Virus record (IMG/VR): IMGVR_UViG_3300027819_000006
Direction: 5' to 3' (one strand)
DNA from: a virus
Lineage: Duplodnaviria; Caudoviricetes
DNA: 64,000 nt
The position numbers and the translations under genes are program-made. How positions within the stretch are numbered: position 1 is the stretch's first letter; the number at the start of each line of letters is the position of its first letter. The notes under the pieces are model-generated. The model saw only the letters and a list, made by a program, of their open reading frames with translations, was not told the origin of the DNA and ran no database searches. Positions 59,029 through 64,000 of the stretch are shown here, in pieces.

Positions 59029-59445
59029 TCACTCTACATATAGCATTCCAAATCCATCCTCTAAACTATAAAATACTTTCTTTATCCCTATCTGCTTAAT
59101 CAGCTTCTGACAAATCTTACAAGGTTTTGCATTCTTCATGATTCTATTTCTGTCCTCTCTATATGTATAGAGCACAGCCTTTGAAGACAGGTCACCAAAT
59201 CGAAATGAATTATATGAACAGACTACATCTGCCTCTGCATGTGTTCCATTACAATAAGAGGGATAAATCTTGTTTATTGTATGGGTTTTATATCCATTGC
59301 ATGCTGCAATTATCTTATTCTTTGCAATGACTAGACAAGCTCCAACTCTTGTCTGATGATCTGAATTGAGCATAATCTCACGAGCAATGTTGAAGTACTT
59401 ATTTTTGAGAACAATTTCTTTTGACATTTGCGTGTGGGGCTCCAT
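59029..59445 (-). CDS. Cytidine/dCMP deaminase-like protein
   Basis: HAEADV and PCKIC. Confidence 0.8.
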   Translation of the reverse strand: MEPHTQMSKEIVLKNKYFNIAREIMLNSDHQTRVGACLVIAKNKIIAACNGYKTHTINKIYPSYCNGTHAEADVVCSYNSFRFGDLSSKAVLYTYREDRNRIMKNAKPCKICQKLIKQIGIKKVFYSLEDGFGMLYVE

Positions 59446-59598
59446 ATTAAAAAACCTTAGTTATAGATATGCTTTGCAATGAGAGGCTTATTAATTTCTG
59501 AAATATGAAGAGGACAATTTGCAAATTTAGCTAAAACTGATGCATACTCAAAAGCATCTTGAGGATATGGCCCTTCTGAAGATTTGCTATCATAAGTA

Positions 59599-60995
59599 GT
59601 GAATTAATTCCACCTAAAGGATGGAATCTTCCTGCTTCATAGAAGCTGACTTATTTTTGATACTTAAAGTATCATCAGCAGAGGTCAATTTCTCCACAGG
59701 CTTAAAGTCCCTATGTTCCATAGGTATATAAGATTGATTATTTTTACCAACCAATAAAATTGTTTTTGCAGCTTTTATATCTCTATCTTCTTCGAAATTA
59801 CATACATCACATTTGAAAATTCTATCTTTAAGAGTTAAATTTTCATTTATTACACCACATTTATAGCACATCTTTGTAGTAGGGAACCATTTGTCTACAA
59901 TATAAACATTATTAGATGATTTTAATTTAGATTTTATTTTTCCAAGATAACTATGCTGTACTTGTTTCCCAAATAAACCTTTATGCCAACCTCTTAAATT
60001 CTCATCTTGCATAAAGACTCTTAAGTGATTTGTTAGAAGATAGTTTACTAATTTATTGGCAGCATCATTTTTTTTATTTGTTATTTTCTCATACTCTTTC
60101 TGAATTTTAATTCTCAGCTTATATCTATTGTTTGAGTTCTTTTTTGATTTTGCAAGTTTTCTTTGCAATCTTTTAAGATGCTCAGATTCTTCAATAAAGC
60201 AGTTGAAAATTTCACCCTCAGAAGTAGTAACATTGTTTTTGATACCAAAATCAAGACCTAAATCTTGTTTATTACAACAACTATTTAGTTTTTCAAATGT
60301 TACAAATTCAAAACATGTTAATTTTATATAATAACCAGAAGCTTTTTTTACTAGTTTAGCATTTGCTAAATCATAATTATCTTTAATTTGTTCTAATCCA
60401 TGAACTTTTAGAGGTTTCTTTATATTGAAAATCTTAATTTTATTTTTATTTATTATCTTATGTGTATTACCATATTGCGACAGTTCAATAGAGTTATATT
60501 CTCTTTTAAATTTAAGTTTACCGATTTTATGACCATTTCTTTTTAAAACAGATAAAGATTTTATATTTTGATAAACGAGTTTTATCAAATCTTGTTTACA
60601 TTTTGATGGCAGATATTTTAATTCTTTTTCAATGAACTTGTCTTTATATTTTACTAGTATGTTTTTTATTTTGTAGTTTACATCTGATATATTATCTTGA
60701 GCAAGAATATAATTGTACAACCATTTAGCTTCTACAAACCACATTTTTAATTGCTCTTCTTGTTGTTTGTTTAAAGATGATTGATCAATTTTAAGCTCAA
60801 AAACTTTGCATCGCTGAGATTGTCTTTTAATTCTTGTCTTTCTAAGAGATTCTTTGATTTTATTTCTTTTTGACTCATTCATATAGTTTAAATCTTATAT
60901 AGTTTTGTTTATATAAATATACATGAGAAAAATTAAAAAACATTCAAAAATTCATATTCCACATAAATGTCGGAATCTTTCTTTTTGAGAATTAC
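59599..60995 (-). mobile_element. Non-autonomous IS200/IS605-type element (tnpB only)
   Basis: Subterminal ATTCC...GGAAT hairpins at both ends; right end TTCAC; inserted 3' of TTAC with no duplication. Confidence 0.75.
59614..60882 (-). CDS. tnpB: TnpB
   Basis: AKWLYN, LGLDFGIK, FMQDE, PTTKMCYKC, CDVC, DRDIKAA. Confidence 0.9.
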   Translation of the reverse strand: MNESKRNKIKESLRKTRIKRQSQRCKVFELKIDQSSLNKQQEEQLKMWFVEAKWLYNYILAQDNISDVNYKIKNILVKYKDKFIEKELKYLPSKCKQDLIKLVYQNIKSLSVLKRNGHKIGKLKFKREYNSIELSQYGNTHKIINKNKIKIFNIKKPLKVHGLEQIKDNYDLANAKLVKKASGYYIKLTCFEFVTFEKLNSCCNKQDLGLDFGIKNNVTTSEGEIFNCFIEESEHLKRLQRKLAKSKKNSNNRYKLRIKIQKEYEKITNKKNDAANKLVNYLLTNHLRVFMQDENLRGWHKGLFGKQVQHSYLGKIKSKLKSSNNVYIVDKWFPTTKMCYKCGVINENLTLKDRIFKCDVCNFEEDRDIKAAKTILLVGKNNQSYIPMEHRDFKPVEKLTSADDTLSIKNKSASMKQEDSIL

Positions 60996-61126
60996 GTAAG
61001 ATAAGTCATGATATGACCATCATCGATCAAAAGATGAACCTTTTCTCTTGTGTCGAAACTAATAATTACTCTATTTAAATTCTTCATTGCAATCTCCTTG
61101 TTTAATTTTATAACCATTTTGTAATA

Positions 61127-61155
61127 AATATAAACAATCTATACTTAAAAGTAAA
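61127..61155 (-). promoter_or_regulatory. sigma70-like early promoter
   Basis: TTTACT-17-TATATT. Confidence 0.75.
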
Positions 61156-61235
61156 CAATTTTGTTCAAATTCCAAAAATAAATGCTGTACTAAAAATTAA
61201 TTAGCACAGCATTTACATTCAACTTCTAACAATCT

Positions 61236-61445
61236 CTAAACTCCAAACAATCCCTTTCTTGAAAGAGATCCAAACAATTGTAACAATGTAACAAGATCTG
61301 GACTATTAAACAATTTCACCCATTGTATTCTATTCTGAGATAATGTCTGAATTTCTTTTAAAGCTTTATCCATTCTTTCATTATCTGCTTTTAGTCTTTC
61401 ATATTCAGCAAAAACGTCTACATTTACAGCATCACCTTGTGCCAT
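61236..61445 (-). CDS. hypothetical protein
   Basis: 69-aa ORF with a GGAG RBS. Confidence 0.5.
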   Translation of the reverse strand: MAQGDAVNVDVFAEYERLKADNERMDKALKEIQTLSQNRIQWVKLFNSPDLVTLLQLFGSLSRKGLFGV

Positions 61446-61460
61446 GAATTCTCCTTTCTC

Positions 61461-62624
61461 TTAAACATCTACTGCTTCTGTTGAAGTCAATTCTTCTACT
61501 AGAACATCTTCATCTCTTTTTGATGGATCTTGCTCAACAAATAAAACATCTTTAATTCTTGTTCTTAAAAATTCATTGATTTCTTTGTTTTCTTCTTTTC
61601 TTATAAAATCTGAAAATTCTTTATTTTTGAACTCTATAATTTGACCATTGAAATCAATAGAGGATTTTTGTTTACTTATTTCTTTAACAACCTGTAACTC
61701 TCTTAGCATATCTAACCATGTTTCTTCTTCTATAATCCCTCTATTATAATACATATTTAATAAACATTCTCTGAATGGTGGCCCCAATTTATTTTTTTGT
61801 ACTCTTACTTTTATAGAAGCACCAATCGTATCTGTACCAATCTTAATTTTTCCAGCACTATATAATCTTAATCTGACAGAAGCATGAAAAGGAATAGCAA
61901 GTCCTCCAGATTCTGTGAACGGATCGACGAAAGCTGGTGCACCAATTTTACATCTAAGTTGATTGAGAAATACCAATGCTATTCTTTCTCTACCAATATA
62001 TCTAATAATCTTTCTAAGACCTTGTCCAATTAATCTAGCTTGAAGACCCATTGTAGATTCTCCATATTCATTCTCTAATTCTTTTCTTGTTGATGTTGCA
62101 GCTACAGAATCCCAAACTATACAGCATAATTTATCCTTATAATCTGTTCTAATTTTTTTTATTATAGCTTCCATTGCTATAAAAACATCTTCTGTAGAAT
62201 CTACTTGAATATATATCATCTCTCTTTTCTCTGGATCTAATCCTATCATTTTTAGAAAAGAAAAATCAGCTGTATTCTCTGTATCAATTAAAACTGGAAT
62301 ACCACCTCTATCTTTGCAATTTTTAAGTATCATATAACCCAGTAGACTTTTTCCAGTTGCGCTTTCTCCTGCACATGTACTCAAACGACCGACAGGAACT
62401 CCACCATGCTCTCTGTTGTTCGATATAATTGTATCTAATATTACAGATCCAGTAGATATAAACTCTTTTACCTCAGATGGAATGTCCTCATCACCAAGAA
62501 CATATGCAACATTTCCTAATTGTTTATTCAGAGAACTTACTATATCTTCAAATGCTGCTGATGGGGCACTTCCTGTGTTCCCATCTTCAGTATAATTTTG
62601 TTTTAATAATGATTTTCTTCCCAT
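61461..62624 (-). CDS. recA: RecA/UvsX recombinase
   Basis: GESATGKS, IDTE, VWDSVAA, FLNQLR, SGGLAIPFHASVRL, KNK. Confidence 0.92.
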   Translation of the reverse strand: MGRKSLLKQNYTEDGNTGSAPSAAFEDIVSSLNKQLGNVAYVLGDEDIPSEVKEFISTGSVILDTIISNNREHGGVPVGRLSTCAGESATGKSLLGYMILKNCKDRGGIPVLIDTENTADFSFLKMIGLDPEKREMIYIQVDSTEDVFIAMEAIIKKIRTDYKDKLCCIVWDSVAATSTRKELENEYGESTMGLQARLIGQGLRKIIRYIGRERIALVFLNQLRCKIGAPAFVDPFTESGGLAIPFHASVRLRLYSAGKIKIGTDTIGASIKVRVQKNKLGPPFRECLLNMYYNRGIIEEETWLDMLRELQVVKEISKQKSSIDFNGQIIEFKNKEFSDFIRKEENKEINEFLRTRIKDVLFVEQDPSKRDEDVLVEELTSTEAVDV

Positions 62625-63544
62625 TATTTCTTCTTCCCTTTGGCCATCAGTTCTTCAAATTGCTTTTCAATATCATCTTCTACTTTTGTACCATCTAAAA
62701 CTTCTTCATCAGAATCTTCTTTTGCAGGAGACGAGTCTTCTACAACTGTCTTTTCAGTAGAGAAATTCTTGATAGTCCCCTCTTTGACATCTGTATTTGT
62801 ATCTTTAAATTCCAATGATGGATCTAGATAAGTATCAAGTGCTTTCTTCATATCTTCTCTAGACTTGAATTTAAATATTTCATATAGATCTGGAACTGTT
62901 TCTAACATTGTCTTTACTTCTTCAGTTGAAGCTGCTAATGAAGAATCAGCAAATGCTAACTTGATATCTGTCTTACCATAGGGAGGATTTATAACTTTTG
63001 AAATTGCTTCATACTTGAAATCTCTACCTTTTCTTAGATCAAGAATATCAATATTAGACTGTGCTGCATCTTTGATATTTTTTAAAATATCTACGTATAC
63101 AGTTTTACTTAGACCCAACCATCTGACTCCTTGATCTTCTTCTCCTCTAACTACTATTGGTGTGTAAATTCTTAATGAAGATGCAATTTTCTTGAATAGA
63201 TCTAATTTTTCTTTTGCATCTTCACCTTGCTTATCTTTTGCATAATCTTGCCAGATTGTAGTTGCAAACTCACACATGATACAATCTTCACTTTTCATTC
63301 TAGCTGGGCACAAAAAATTCCCATTGATTCCATAATGGAAGTACATTTCAATGAACGGAAGCTCATCAGACTTTCCAGGAATTGGGACTATTCTAATCTC
63401 ATAGCTTCTTTTTGTTTTACCAGCATCAGGTTTCCATAACCTATTTTTTTGCTGAGAATCATCTCCTTGCGTTTTTTGTTTTGGTTCAAGCCTCTCTAAA
63501 GCTGCATTAATTTTCTTCATGTCTATCATGTTACTAAATTTCAC
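62624..63544 (-). CDS. Single-stranded DNA-binding protein (T4 gp32-like)
   Basis: LWKP, IRIVP, HYG, C..C..C zinc site, DLRKGRDF, acidic C-terminus; next to recA. Confidence 0.8.
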   Translation of the reverse strand: MKFSNMIDMKKINAALERLEPKQKTQGDDSQQKNRLWKPDAGKTKRSYEIRIVPIPGKSDELPFIEMYFHYGINGNFLCPARMKSEDCIMCEFATTIWQDYAKDKQGEDAKEKLDLFKKIASSLRIYTPIVVRGEEDQGVRWLGLSKTVYVDILKNIKDAAQSNIDILDLRKGRDFKYEAISKVINPPYGKTDIKLAFADSSLAASTEEVKTMLETVPDLYEIFKFKSREDMKKALDTYLDPSLEFKDTNTDVKEGTIKNFSTEKTVVEDSSPAKEDSDEEVLDGTKVEDDIEKQFEELMAKGKKK

Positions 63545-63762
63545 TCCTAAATTGATTGTTTGTTTTTGTTGTTGTTGTTTTGCTTCTATTTTTGAACCTA
63601 ACCACTTCTACTTCTTGTTACATTTGCTCCTGACTATTTTTAAAATTATTATGCTGCTGTTAATCACCTCTTTTCTGTTTGATAAAAATGAAAAGCTCAC
63701 TATGGTTTGTGCAAATTATAGCAACCATTAATGAGCTTATTGTTGTATCTGTTTTTAAAACT

Positions 63763-63984
63763 TTATCTGTTCAGTTTAAACTTTGGTTTAACAAAAATTC
63801 TTTTAATCATTCTGAACAGAATTTGTATCTGCATTAGAAACCATAGTATAGCTATTAGAATTAGGACTGCAACAAAAAATAGAATTATACATCCAATAAA
63901 TATAAGTGGAATTGCTACAGTTAATCCAACATATGCTGCTACTGCATAGATTAACCATTTTAGAGGAAGAATCAGTTCTGACAT
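63763..63984 (-). CDS. small membrane protein
   Basis: Long hydrophobic stretch. Confidence 0.5.
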   Translation of the reverse strand: MSELILPLKWLIYAVAAYVGLTVAIPLIFIGCIILFFVAVLILIAILWFLMQIQILFRMIKRIFVKPKFKLNR

Positions 63985-64000
63985 TTTTGATTCTTTCTAT

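Larger units (their letters stand above)
59457..61087 (-). pseudogene. Small ORF interrupted by the IS605-like element
   Basis: Joining ...TATCTTAC (60996) to TACTTATGAT... (59598) restores one frame: MKNLNR...HIMTYLTTYDSKSSEG...KHIYN*. Confidence 0.65.

Noticed and set aside
59592-61006. ACTTAT repeats as a target-site duplication of the tnpB element
   Set aside because: The TTAC/TTCAC boundaries restore the reading frame without duplication, and both ACTTAT copies belong to the interrupted ORF (TYLTTY).
1055-63949. Short plus-strand ORFs in the track
   Set aside because: They are antisense shadows of minus-strand genes with no motifs or RBS; only tnpB 56059..57312 is supported.
1-64000. 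CRISPR array, tRNA or rRNA genes
   Set aside because: No regularly spaced direct repeats, cloverleaf with T-loop/CCA, or rRNA-like sequence were recognised by eye; tRNAscan would be needed to exclude tRNAs fully.
1-64000. Stop-codon reassignment
   Set aside because: Long conserved genes are intact in code 11 and end with TAA, TAG or TGA at expected positions; the breaks are frameshifts, not in-frame stops.

Overview
This is 64 kb of a very AT-rich, large (jumbo-type) dsDNA phage genome, with almost all genes on the minus strand. It encodes replication and recombination proteins (DnaE split by a trans-splicing intein, DnaB helicase, 5'-3' exonuclease, RecA/UvsX, gp32-like SSB, DinG-like helicase, RuvC). 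It also encodes nucleotide metabolism (class II RNR, PurA, GuaB, two deaminases, a dCTP/dUTPase-like enzyme), a candidate hypermodified-cytosine cluster, a PncA/PncB NAD salvage pair next to a vWA/PP2C/kinase triad, lysis enzymes, three TnpB genes and several NUMOD3-type endonucleases. The main discovery is a recurrent cassette architecture. Unrelated nucleases (Vsr/DUF559, PD-(D/E)XK and one TnpB) sit behind a promoter and a shared 77-94 nt two-stem interleaved leader, which is conserved in structure but not in sequence. At five of the six leader-bearing loci the cassette lies between two diverged copies of one end of the neighbouring gene: an intact copy that completes the gene and a truncated relic on the other side of the cassette. 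This suggests homing into conserved coding motifs with gene-end replacement, without an intron or intein. Many genes carry small indels, mostly in homopolymers, so some frameshifts may be sequencing artefacts. No CRISPR array, tRNA or rRNA was recognised. All family assignments come from motif recognition by eye, not from database searches.
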